Source: Chiloscyllium plagiosum (taxonomy: Eukaryota). Taken from it: DNA of 50,020 nt. This document shows positions 1-10,969 of this stretch, piece by piece. The notes under the pieces are model-generated. The model was not told where the DNA came from and ran no database searches. It was given only the letters and a program-made list of their open reading frames with translations. Positions within the stretch are counted from its first letter, which is position 1. Each line of letters opens with the position of its first letter. The position numbers and the translations under genes are program-made. The stretch covers positions 2,455,334-2,505,353 of the forward strand of contig NC_057752.1 in NCBI RefSeq assembly GCF_004010195.1. Direction: 5' to 3'.

Positions 1-302
1 GAAGATGTAGGGTTGAGAATGTAGGGTTGAGGATGTAGGGCTGAGGATGTAGGGTTAAGAATGTAAGGTTGAGGATGTAGGGTTGAGAATGTAGAGTTGA
101 AGATGTAGCGTTGAGAATGTAGGGTTGAGGATGTAGGGTTGAGGATGTAGGGTTGAGAATGTAAGGTTGAGGATGTAGGGTTGAGAATGTAGGGTTGAGG
201 ATGTAGGGTTGAGAATGTAAGGTTGAGGATGTTGGGCTGAGGATGTAGGGTTGAGGATGTTGGGCTGAGGAAGTAGGGCTGAGGATGTAGGGTTGAGGAA
301 TT
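1..302 (+). repeat. 14-bp G-rich minisatellite (GTTGAG[G/A]ATGTAGG)n, about 21 units, running off the window start
   Basis: Direct tandem units gttgaggatgtagg / gttgagaatgtagg are visible from base 1. Confidence 0.95.
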
Positions 303-321
303 TGGGGCCAGTGTGCAGAAT

Positions 322-1558
322 TGTTACCTAACTTGTAAGTGTTTCCATTACTTGGACTTCTGGTTAAATAAGAGGCGTTTTAGCAATTTGTCAGAAATTC
401 AGCAATTGGTTATAAAACTGAGAGGATATGTGAATGGAGCTCAGTCCCATCATAAACTGTGTACAGGTCACAAGGACCATGCCCATTGCAAGCCTTGGGT
501 GAAATTTTGGTTTGAGTTCCCTATAATTGTAGAGCCTCGATGTGTTCCCACATGATCACAATCCAGTCCTGTGTTAGAAATAGGACCAGGAGGTTATTCA
601 GTCCATCAAGACTGTTCTGTCATTCAACTGGACTGTTCTGTTCAAGACTGTTCTGTCATTCCATGGCCTCAACTGTTTTCCATTCTGTCGTTAGAACCCT
701 TGCTGATTTTTCAATATTTAATTTTATTCTTTTCTCAACGTTGCTTTGGAGCTGCGAGCCGAGAGCTAGCAGCTAAAGATGACCTGTGGATTGTGGGCAG
801 CAGCTTGTGTTAAATAAAAGTTTTTTGCTAACGAGGCCAGGTCTGAAAGTTCATTGCAAGTTGGTTCTGGATCAAAGTGCTTCAAAGATGTTTCATCGCC
901 TGGGAAAGTAGTTGTTTGGCCACTAACAAGGTCAGTACCTGGCAATTGATGCCAGCGAGTCTGGGAAGGGACCATAATCATCAAACAGAGGCAGGAGCTT
1001 GTTTTTTGGACTGTGTTTCAGGGAGAAGGAGTTTGACTATTGATGCCACAGCATGAAGGTTTGAAAGCTCCCTGCCTAACCTCCCATTAACAACCATTGG
1101 AAATTCAGAGCATAGAAACTAAGGTACAAGTATTGCTGAAACTTCCTCAGAGTGAGCTGGAAAGGTGGTCCTGTTCAATATCTTCAGAAAATCAACCAAG
1201 GAACAATCACCCATCGAGAAAACCGTTTCAGTAATCTGGCCAGTTTTCTTCATCCCTTAACTGTGTTGGTCTATCTGTCTTTTGTGTGAATAGAGCTGTA
1301 AACAAAGATTATTGGGTTTAAATCATAGACATCAATTAGCTGGCTTTGTTGTTTAATTTTGCTCTGCTAAAAGTACCGTACACAACTACAGTTTATAGAA
1401 TTGATTATTCACAGAGTCAGGATTGGTCATTCAAAATGTCTGGTTTGGCACAATTGAGGTCAATTTTGAGGGTCTTTGACAGTTTTAACTTTACTCCGTT
1501 GCAAATACGGAGGTAGGAAGGCTGATTTGATTCAAATGCCCTTCTCCGCGTCGTAACA
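322..1558 (+). mobile_element. Probable solo LTR (left end uncertain: 322 or 572)
   Basis: Ends in cgtcgtaaca, the same terminus as the LTR at 48760-49690. Candidate starts are tgttac (322) or tgttag (572). No clean TSD found. Confidence 0.4.
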
Positions 1559-1854
1559 CCGTGTACTCATAGAGAATTATTTTAATGCCCAAGCCTTGTT
1601 TGAAGTTTGGTGACTTGAGCCACATTGTCACTTGAATCCTGTGCCCAACAGCCCAGCTTCCAGTCCTCGGGACACACTCCCGCACATTCACGGACCCACA
1701 AGCTGGTTGAAGCAATCCAAGTTGCGTCTCTCCCACCACTCCAGACCTTGTGTAACCCCGCCCTCCCTGCCAACTGTCCACCATCCAGTAGGGGGCAGGC
1801 TTCCTGAGCAGGTCCAAGGCAGGTATCCTCTGGATTAAGCAATGGGAAACATGG

Positions 1855-2960
1855 AGATCAATTGACCTGTACCATACGGGTTTCTTCGAGCACGTTGAGT
1901 GAGTGATTGGCCACTACACAGTATAGTGTGAATAAATGTGAGGTGATCCACTTTGTGGCAAAATCAGGAAGGCAGATTATTATCCGACTGGTGATAGATT
2001 GGGAAAGCGGGTAGTGCAATAAGACTTGTACACCAGTCACTTGAAATTAAACCTTGCAGGTACAGCAAGCAATGAAGAAGGCAAATGGTATGTTGGTATT
2101 GGAGAAAGTCTTTTGAATAAATCTCATACACAGTACTGACAAATTTATTTCATGATATATATCATGGGGACAGAGAGGGAGACCAACATGAATGAATGAT
2201 CCCGAATCACTGCAACAGGTTACAGAGTTCCGCGGGTCTTTATAGTCTTACAATTAGCTGACTGTTAACTATAGGATAATAGGCAGGCCTTAGGGCAACT
2301 TGCATAGCTTTAGCCCCGTGTACGAGATTTATTTAAAAGATTTTCTCCAACAGTTGGTCTTCATAGTGAGAGGATTCGAGCATAGGAGCAGGGATGTCTT
2401 GCTGCTATTGGACAGAGTGACACCACCCCTGGAGTATTGTGTGCAGTCTGGGTCTCCTTACCTGAAGAAGGATGTTCTGGCAATAGAGGGAATGCAACAT
2501 AGGTTTACCAGACTCATTCCTGGGATGGCAGGGCTGACGTATGAAGAGAGATTGGATCAGTTAGGAATATATTCACTGGAGTTTTGAAGAATTGAGTGGG
2601 GGGAGGAATCTCATAGAAACCTATAAAATTCCAACAGGACGAGACAAGGTCAGTGTAGGAAGGATGTTCCCAATGACTGGGGAGTCCAGAACCAGGGGCT
2701 CATAGGCTAAAAAGATACAGAGTAGGCCACTTAGGACTGAGATGAGGAGAAATGTCTTCGCTCAGAGATTGGGGAGTCTGTGGAATTCTTTGCCACTGAA
2801 AGCGTTTGAGGACAAAACATTGAATGTTTTCAAGAAGGAGTTCAATATAGTTCTTAGAGTTAAAGGGGTCAAAAGGTATGGGGGAGAAAGCTGAGTTGGA
2901 TGATCAGCCATGATCAGATTGAATGTTACAACAGACCCAAACAGCCGAATGGCCTGTGCC
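1855..2960 (+). mobile_element. CR1/HER1-like LINE 3' fragment, interrupted at 2097-2352
   Basis: Encodes PPLEYCVQSGSPYLKKDVLAIEGMQHRFTRLIPGMAGLTYEERLDQLGIYSLE, the CR1 ORF2 C-terminus, followed by a CR1-type 3' UTR. Confidence 0.9.
2097..2352 (-). mobile_element. 256-bp element with 35-bp terminal inverted repeats and 5-bp TSD (solo LTR or Ginger-like MITE)
   Basis: Left end tattggagaaagtcttttgaataaatctcatacac matches the reverse complement of the right end, tgttggagaaaatcttttaaataaatctcgtacac. TSD gttgg at 2092-2096 and 2353-2357. Confidence 0.85.
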
Positions 2961-3204
2961 TGTTTCGATTTTGTTTTGAAATGTGATGGCACACCACTGG
3001 AGCAGTCAGAACGTGAACCCAGGCCTCCAGGCACCACCTTACAAAGTGGGCTGTATATTAGCAAGGAGGGCCACCTCTTACACATTAAACCGTGGCCTCA
3101 TCACCTTGCACTCCGTATATAAGGGGCTGTCCCTGCAAACTGTGGCTCTGAGACTGAACCTGAACTTTGTTTTGCAATCACAGAGCAGAAATCTGGTGAA
3201 TTGC

Positions 3205-3600
3205 TGACTTTCAAAAGGCATTTTTGATAAGATAGCTCACAAGAGACTGGTTACTGGTAAATGCTGTCGTGATCAAAAGCTGGCTAGGCAATAGGAAACA
3301 GAGGGTAATTATAAATGAGTGTTATATGAGTCGGGGAGAAGCAATTAGTGGTGTTCCCCAGGGGTCAGTCCTTGGACAGATACTTTCATAATCTGCGGAA
3401 ATGATCTGGGTGAATGGGTCAAAAAAAAGAGACAAAATTCTGTGCAGTGGCAAAGTTCATGGGCAGGCTCTGTTCAAAGGGATGTGAAAGGCTCTCAACA
3501 TTATAGCTAATGGTTGTCAAATGTTGTTTAGCATGACTGAGTCGGAGGTAATGCACGTCTGCGTGGAAAATATTAACTTTGATTGCAAGCTGCACAGCTC
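3205..3600 (+). mobile_element. Old, degraded CR1 reverse-transcriptase fragment
   Basis: gactttcaaaaggcatttt..gataag (DFQKAFDK-like) and agtggtgttccccaggggtcagtccttgga (SGVPQGSVLG). Confidence 0.75.
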
Positions 3601-3616
3601 ATCAAAGACAGGGAGA

Positions 3617-3740
3617 GGAGTGTGTGTGATGTGGAGGTGCTTGGGAGCGAGTCTTAGTGTGAATGTGTGTGTGAGTGAGAATGTGTGACAATGTGAGATT
3701 GTGTGCTCGAAGACTGTGTGACAGTGTGTGTGAGTGAGTC
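3617..3740 (+). repeat. Degenerate (TG)n-rich tract
   Basis: Runs of gtgtgt/gagtgt. Confidence 0.8.
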
Positions 3741-3911
3741 AGGGAAGTATTAGATTTGCAGCACACTTCAGAAACAGCATCAACATACCAAGGAATGGCA
3801 GCTCCAATCCATAATCCAGTCACATGCAAAACAGTGCATCTGATTTCAGCTCCTTCACAGCCTGTTTACCCTGCACTTTGATTAAGTCTTCACATTCTTC
3901 TAGTACCATAA

Positions 3912-4368
3912 ACACACTCACACTCGTTCACACACACACACACACACTAACTCACACTCTTACACACTAACTCACACTCATTCACTCATATGCTCACATA
4001 AACACAGACACTCACACACCCACACACTAACTCACACCCACTAACTCACTCCCACACTAACTCACACTCACTCACACACTCTCAGAGCATACTCACTCAC
4101 ACACACAATCACACTCACTCACACACACACTCACACCCACTCACTCACACATCCACTAACTCACATTCACTTACCCACTCACTCACACACTCACACTTCA
4201 CACACTCACAGAGCACACATACTCACACACACATTCATACTCACTCACACACACCGTCACACACTCAGAGCACACACACTCAGACTCGCTCACACATATT
4301 CACACACGGTCTCTCACACACACACATACTCACTCTCTCACACACACACATACTCACACACTCACACA
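3912..4368 (+). repeat. Degenerate (CA)n/(CACT)n microsatellite, about 450 bp
   Basis: Continuous cacacact/ctcaca low-complexity sequence. Confidence 0.95.
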
Positions 4369-4529
4369 ATATTTCCACTTGCCCTTTTACTCCTCGAACT
4401 CAGCACTAGCCAGTTTGGTGCCTGTACTCTGTCTGGTGAAACTGCTCCTGCTCCTTTCAGCCACAGAGGAGACTGTGCTGTACTGCTTCTTTTATCAAAT
4501 TTCTAAGTCTGGAGAGTTGGCCTCTAGTC

Positions 4530-4800
4530 CAACCATTCAATTAATAAATCTGGAATATAAGATTTGTCTCAATGATGCTGACTCTTACGGGTCGTTGTAA
4601 ATACCTATCTGGCTCATGAATATCCTTTCAGGGAGAGCAATTCTGCCAGTTTGACCTGGTCTGGCCTACATGTGAGTGACTCCAAGACCCCCAGCTGTGT
4701 AGCTAACTCGTAACCAGCCTCTGAAATGGCTGCTTTCATTCAACGTCACTGAGGAGCAGATAATAAATGTTGCCCTTAACAATGATCCCCACATAGTACA
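4530..4800 (+). mobile_element. Partial SINE, same family as 31505-31860 and 37490-37840
   Basis: Shared core cctggtctggcctacatgtgactcca and L2-like tail. Confidence 0.7.
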
Positions 4801-5026
4801 AAGGAATTTGTGTTTTTAAATCTCACCCTCTCCTTATCTGTGCGTAGTGCTCCTTCGCTTTTAATACGTCTTCATCGATAACCAGTGGCACAGAGGGAAG
4901 GGAAGGGAAGGTGCAGGAGCTTTAGTGGGGATTTGAAGAGATTTCATACATCCAGAGGGTTGTGGGAGTCTGGACCTTGTTGCCTGAAAGGGTAGTAGAG
5001 GTAGAAACCCTTAAGATAGTTAAGAA

Positions 5027-5329
5027 GGGTGGCTCAGTGGTTAGCACTGCAGCCTCATAGTGTCAGGGACCTGGGTTCAATTCCACCCTTGAGCAACTGC
5101 CTGTGTGCAGTTTCTCTCTGTGTTTGCGTGGGTTTCCTCCCACTGTCCAAAGATGTGCAGGTTGGGTGGGTTGGCTGTGCTAAATTATCCATAGTGTCCA
5201 GGGATGTGTGAGTCGGCCATGGGAAATGCAGTGTTACAGGGATGGGGTGAGTCTGGGTGGGATGTTCTTCGGACAGTTGGTGTAGACTCAATGTGCCAAA
5301 TGGCTTGCTTCCACACTGTAGGGATTCTA
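5027..5329 (+). mobile_element. HE1-type tRNA-derived V-SINE inserted into a CR1 3' fragment (4920-5465)
   Basis: tRNA-like head gtggctcagtggttagcactgc...gggttcaattcc, V-domain ggtttcctcccactgtccaaagatgtgcagg, tail ccacactgtagggattcta. Confidence 0.9.
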
Positions 5330-5734
5330 AAGTATTTAGACGGGCATTTGAAATGTGAAAGCATACAAAGCTATTGGCCAAGGGATTGGAACAGAGGGAC
5401 GTTACATGATGGGCTGAAAGGCCTTTTTCCAGGCAATAAAATTCTCCGATGCTGCTTTTTATCCTGAACTCAGTTTGGAAGACATAGTGAGGCAAGCAAA
5501 ACTGGCCTGCCATTTTACAAGAGCAGAACCAGAGATTCTAGTGGTTCTCACTGTGGGGTTATTTAGAACCTGTTGGCACTCTTTGCTCTGGAAAAGAGCA
5601 AGCTGAGGGATCATCCAGAAGGGGTCTTTAAAATTAAGATAGGGTTTGATATTCTGGACGTGCGAAAAATGTTTCCATTTACGGAGAGAGGAGCACTCAC
5701 TCTCAGAAAGTCAAGATTGATACATCTGGGGGGT

Positions 5735-5918
5735 TCGCAAAAGATTTACAAGGATGTTGCCAAGGTTAGAGGGTTTGAGCTATAGGAAGAGACTGAATAG
5801 GCTTGGGCTGTTTTCCCTGGAGTGTGGGAGGTTGAGGGATGACCTTATAGAAGTTTATAAAATCATGAGGGACATGGATAGGGTAAATTGACAAGGTCTT
5901 TTCCCTGGGGTGGGGGAG
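5735..5918 (+). mobile_element. HER1/CR1 LINE fragment
   Basis: aaaagatttacaaggatgttgcc...gaccttatagaagtttataaaatcatgagg matches the other CR1 copies in the window. Confidence 0.85.
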
Positions 5919-6610
5919 GTATCTGCTCCCAGGAGGACCAGTTCCACCACAGAACACACCAGATGGCCTCCTTCTTTAGAGGCCGCAATTTCCCTTCCCA
6001 CGTGGGTAAAGATGCCCTCCAACGCATCTCGTCCACATCCCGCACCNNNNNNNNNNNNNNNNNNNNNNNNNNNNNNNNNNNNNNNNNNNNNNNNNNTCAC
6101 CTCCATCCAAGGCCTTAAAGGAGCCTTCCACATCCATCAAAGTTTTACCTGCCCATCCACTAATATCATTTATTGTATCCGTTGCTCTCGATGCGGTCTC
6201 CTCTACATCGGGGAGACTGGGCGCCTCCTAGCAGAGCGCTTTGGGGAACATCTCCGGGACACCCGCACCAATCAATCCCACCGCCCTATGGCCCAACATT
6301 TCAACTCTCCCTTCCACTCTGCCGAGGACATGGAGGTCCTGGGCCTCCTTCACCGCTGCTCCCTCACCACCAGACGCCTGGAGGAAGAATGCCTCATCTT
6401 CCGCCTCGGAACACTACAACCCCAGGGTATCAATGTGGACTTCAACAGTTTCCTCATTTCCCCTTCCCCCACCTCACCCTAGTTCGAAACTTCCAGCTCA
6501 GCACTGTCCCCATGACTTGTCCGGACTTGTCCTACCTGCCTATCTCCTTTTCCACCTATCCACTTCATCCTCTCCTCCCTGACCTATCACCTTCCTCCCC
6601 TCCCCCACTC
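5919..6610 (+). mobile_element. Penelope-like element 3' fragment: RT thumb, GIY-YIG endonuclease, start of 3' pLTR
   Basis: ICSQEDQF...MASFFRGRNFP before the gap. After it, FTCPSTNIIYCIRCSRCGLLYIGETGRLLAERFGEH...HF...LEEECLIFRLGTLQPQGIN, giving the GIY-YIG motif (IY-YIG, R, E, N). Stop at 6482. Confidence 0.9.
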
Positions 6611-6810
6611 AGCACGGTGCCTCAGTGGTTAGCACTGCTACCTCACAGCCTGAGGGACCCAGGTTCAATTCCAGCTTCAGCCATCTGTCTGTATGGAGTT
6701 TGCACATCCTCCCTGTGTCTGTGTGGGTTTCCTCTGGGTGTTCTGGTTTCTTCCCACAGTCCAAAGTTATGCAGGTTAGGCAGGAGTGGCCAGGAACATG
6801 CAGGTTAGGT
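6611..6810 (+). mobile_element. HE1-type SINE, 3'-truncated
   Basis: gcacggtgcctcagtggttagcactgct head plus V-domain. Confidence 0.85.
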
Positions 6811-6869
6811 TTCAGTGCTGTGCTTGAAGTCACGATAAGGGCATCTGCTATGATTCAGACTTGTTTTTT

Positions 6870-9425
6870 AAATCCTTTCATGGGGATTTGGGCATCACTG
6901 GCTGGGCCCAGCATTTATTGCCCCATCCCTAGTTGCCCCCCCTTGAGAAGGTGAGCTGAGCTGCCTTCTTGAACCGCTGCAGTCTGTGTGCTGTAAGTAG
7001 ACCCACAATGCCCTTAGGGAGGGAATTCCAGGATTGTAACCCAGCGACACTGAGGGAATGGTGATGTATTTCCAGGTTGGTGAGTGGCTTGGAGGGGAAC
7101 TTGCAGGGGGTGATGTTCCCATGTATCTGCTGCCCTTGTCCTTCCAGATGGAAGTGATTGTGGGTTTGGAAGGTGCTGTCTGAGGATCTTTGAAATTCTG
7201 CAGTTCATCTTGTAGATAGCACACACTGCTGCTACTGAGTGTCCGGATTGAATGTGTATGGATGTGGTGCCAATGAAGCAGGGGCTGCTTTGTCCTGGTT
7301 GGTGTCGAGCTTTTTGAGTGTTGTCAGAGCTGCCCCCATCCAGGCAAGTGGGGAGTATTCCATCACACTCCTGACTTGTGCCTTGGAGATGGTGGACACG
7401 CTTTGGGGAGTCAGGAGGGGAGTTACTTGCTGCAATATTCCTCGCCTTTGACCTGATCTTGCAGCCACAGAATTTATATGGCTGATCTAGTTGAGTTTCT
7501 GGTCAATAATAACCCCCAAGATGTTGATAGTGGGGGATTCCATGATGGTTCTGCTGTTGAATGTCAAGGGACAATGATTGGATTGTCTCTTATTAGTGAT
7601 GGTCAAAGCCTAGTATTTGTGTAGTGCAAATGTTACTTGCCACCTGTCAGTCCAAGCCTGAATATTGTCCAGATCTTGTTGCATTTGAACATAAAGTCAT
7701 AGAGTCAGAGATGTACAGCATGGAAACAGACCCTTCGGTCCAACACGTCCATGCCGACCAGATATCCCAACCCAATCTAGTCCCACCTGCCAGCGCCTGG
7801 CCCATATCCCTCCAAACTCTTCCTATTCATATACCCATCCAAATGCCTCTTAAATGCTGCAATTGTATCAGCCACCATCACATCCTCTGGCAGCTCATTC
7901 CATACAGGTACCACTCTCTGCGTGAAAAAGTTGCCCCTTAGGTCTCTTTTATATCTTTCCCCTCTCACCATAAACCTCAGCCCTCTAGTTCTGGACTCCC
8001 CGACCCCAGGGAAAAGACTTTGCCTATTTATCCTATCCATGCCCCTCATAATTTTGTAAACCTCTATAAGGTCACCCCTCANNNNNNNNNNNNNNNNNNN
8101 NNNNNNNNNNNNNNNNNNNNNNNNNNNNNNNNNNNNNNNNNNNNNNNNNNNNNNNNNNNNNNNNNNNNNNNNNNNNNNNNNNNNNNNNNNNNNNNNNNNN
8201 NNNNNNNNNNNNNNNNNNNNNNNNNNNNNNNNNNNNNNNNNNNNNNNNNNNNNNNNNNNNNNNNNNNNNNNNNNNNNNNNNNNNNNNNNNNNNNNNNNNN
8301 NNNNNNNNNNNNNNNNNNNNNNNNNNNNNNNNNNNNNNNNNNNNNNNNNNNNNNNNNNNNNNNNNNNNNNNNNNNNNNNNNNNNNNNNNNNNNNNNNNNN
8401 NNNNNNNNNNNNNNNNNNNNNNNNNNNNNNNNNNNNNNNNNNNNNNNNNNNNNNNNNNNNNNNNNNNNNNNNNNNNNNNNNNNNNNNNNNNNNNNNNNNN
8501 NNNNNNNNNNNNNNNNNNNNNNNNNNNNNNNNNNNNNNNNNNNNNNNNNNNNNNNNNNNNNNNNNNNNNNNNNNNNNNNNNNNNNNNNNNNNNNNNNNNN
8601 NNNNNNNNNNNNNNNNNNNNNNNNNNNNNNNNNNNNNNNNNNNNNNNNNNNNNNNNNNNNNNNNNNNNNNNNNNNNNNNNNNNNNNNNNNNNNNNNNNNN
8701 NNNNNNNNNNNNNNNNNNNNNNNNNNNNNNNNNNNNNNNNNNNNNNNNNNNNNNNNNNNNNNNNNNNNNNNTCACTGGTCTGTAGTTCCCTGGCTTGTCT
8801 TTACCGCCCTTCTTAAACAGTGGCACCACGTTTGCCAACCTCCAGTCTTCCGGCACCTCACCTGTGACTGTCAATGATACAAATATCTCAGTCAGAGGCC
8901 CAGCCATCACTTCTCTAGCTTCCTACAGAGGTCTAGGGTACACCTGATCAGATCATGGGGATTTATCCACTTTTAACTGTTTCAAGACATCCAGCACTTC
9001 CTCCTCTTGGACTGCTTCAGTGTCTGAGGAGTTGTGTATGGTGCTGAGCATTGTGCAATCATCAGTGAACATCCCCACTTCGGAGCTTATGATGGAGGGA
9101 AGGTCATTAATGAAGCAGCTGAAGATGGTTGTGCCTGAGACAACTACCCTGAGGAACTCCTGCAGAGATGTCCTGAAGCTGAGATGACTGACCTCCAACA
9201 ACCATGACTGTCTTCCTATGGGTCAGGTATGACTCCAACCACCACAGAGTTTGTTCCCTGATACCCATTGATTCCAGTTTTGCTGGGGCTCGTTGGTGCC
9301 ACACTTGGTTGAATGCAGCCTTGATGTCAAGAGCTGTCACTCTCCCCTCCCCTCTGGAATTCAGCTCTTTTGGCCATGTTTGAACCAAGGCTGTAATGAG
9401 GTCAGGAGCTGAGTGGCCCTTGGCA
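6870..9425 (-). mobile_element. L2/CR1-group LINE (RT domain to 3' end), split by a HER1 insertion at 7690-9007
   Basis: Minus-strand peptides LDIKAAFNQVWH, SAGVPQGS, FINDLP..MFTDD and KAQVRSVMEYSPLAW. The 3' tail ..aataaatgctgggcccagcc is shared with other copies. Confidence 0.9.
7690..9007 (-). mobile_element. HER1/CR1 LINE (spans the N gap)
   Basis: GEVPEDWRLANVVPLFKKGGKDKPGNYRPV ... RGDLIEVYKIMRG...FFTQRVVPVWNELP; tail of ctctatgact-type repeats. Confidence 0.92.
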
Positions 9426-9492
9426 TGAGCTATTTTCCACATTAAACTTCATCTACTGCACATTTGCCACTCATTTGATTTGTTCCAATCCC

Positions 9493-9585
9493 AGTCCTGA
9501 AGAAGGGTTACACCCGAAAAATTGACTTCTCCACCTCCTGATGCTGCCTGGCTTGCTGTGTTCTTCCAGCCTCCTACCTGTCTAT
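9493..9585 (+). mobile_element. PLE pLTR-derived fragment with a degenerate hammerhead motif
   Basis: cCTGAAGAagggttacacccGAAAaattg. Confidence 0.6.
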
Positions 9586-9765
9586 CAATCACAGTGACGC
9601 ATCTCTGACTTCTCCTCACAGTCACCCCTCCCACCCATCTTTGTATCATCAGCACAGTTAAACCTTGCACCCCAGAAACCAATCGAGTGATCTGTTTACT
9701 GAGCTGCTTCTCATCAAATTACATCCTTTTTCAAGTCGGGAGACTAAAACTGTGCACAGTTCTCT

Positions 9766-10177
9766 GGATGGAGTTCTTTTCACTGGAGCCTAGGAGAGAT
9801 GGCCTAAAAGGGATTTATACAATCATAAGGGATATAGATAAGGTGAACGGCAAAGGTCTATTCCCAGGGGTAGGGGGTTTCAAAGCGAGGGAGCACATTT
9901 TAAGGGTGAGAGGAGAAAAGTTTAAAAAAAGACATTAAGGGAAACCTTTTTACACAGAGGGTGGTTTGCGTGTGGAATGAACTTCCAGAGGAAGTGATGG
10001 ATGCAGGTACAGATACAATAATTAAAAGATGTTTGGATAGGTCGGTGAATAAGAAATGTTTGGAGGAATATGGGCCAAGAGTAGGCAGGTGGGACTAGTA
10101 TAGTTTGGGAATTTGATTGGCATAGACTGGTTGGACCGAAGGATCGTTTTTTCCGTGCTGTATGACTCTGTGACTCC
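9766..10177 (+). mobile_element. HER1/CR1 3' end inserted in an older minus-strand CR1 (9700-10240)
   Basis: FFSLEPRR..IYTIIRDIDKV..LFPGVG..; tail tgtatgactctgtgactc. Confidence 0.85.
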
Positions 10178-10426
10178 ATGTGGTCTCACCAAGGCCTTTG
10201 ACAGCTGCAGTAAAACTTCCCTCTTTTTAGATTCCATTCCCCATGCATCAGTGCATGGTAAGAACTGTCCCAAGGATGATTACAAGAACTCAGTGAAGTG
10301 TTTCTCAGTCATCAATATTGTCAAAACACTTCAGTAGGTGTGAACCATGCCTGGATATATCCAAATCCAAAAGCAACTTTGGATTAATTCACCTGATTCA
10401 ATTTTCAAGTTGTGACTACAATTATA

Positions 10427-10618
10427 CATCGAGGGTGTGGTGCTGGAAAAGCACAGCAGGATAGACAGCATCCAAGGAGCAGGAGAATTGACGGTTCAGT
10501 GAAGGGCATTTGCCTGAAACGTTGATTCTCCTGCTCCTCGGATGCTGCCTGACCTGCTGTGCTTTCCCAGCACCACACTCTCGACTCTGATCTCCAGCAT
10601 CTGCAGTCCTCACTTTCT
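10427..10618 (+). mobile_element. PLE-derived fold-back element with 12-bp TSD
   Basis: Inverted arms gtgtggtgctggaaaagcacagcagg / cctgctgtgctttcccagcaccacac. TSD acta(c/t)aattata at 10415-10426 and 10619-10630. Confidence 0.8.
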
Positions 10619-10691
10619 ACTATAATTATAATCCAAACAATTAAAAGGGCATTAAATACTGCTATACTCCATGTAAAGTAAAGCAAGGTTT

Positions 10692-10969
10692 TAGAATCCC
10701 TACAGTGTGGAAGGAGGCCAATCAAGTCTGCAGCTGACCCTCTGAAGAGTATCCCACCCCATCCCTGTAACACTGCATTTCCCATGGCCAATCTACATAA
10801 CATGTTCATCTTTGGACTGTGGGAGGAAACCGGAGAATCCCCAAGGAAACCCACACAGACACAGGAGAATGTGCAAACTCCACACAGACAGTAGCCCAAG
10901 GCTGGAATCCAACCCGGGACCCTGGCGCTGTGAGGCATCAGTGCTAACCACTGAGCCACCATACCACCC
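10692..10969 (-). mobile_element. HE1-type SINE
   Basis: Reverse complement of the head (gtgctaaccactgagccacc) and tail (tagaatccctacagtgtgg). Confidence 0.92.

Noticed and set aside
1..302. CRISPR array or true telomeric repeat
   Set aside because: No unique spacers, the context is eukaryotic, and the unit is 14 bp rather than TTAGGG.
3617..4368. TG-rich and CA-rich tracts as a functional inverted repeat
   Set aside because: Complementarity reflects low complexity only.
5027..5095. tRNA gene-like heads (A/B boxes) here and in the other HE1 copies
   Set aside because: They continue into the SINE body and tail, so they are not tRNA genes.
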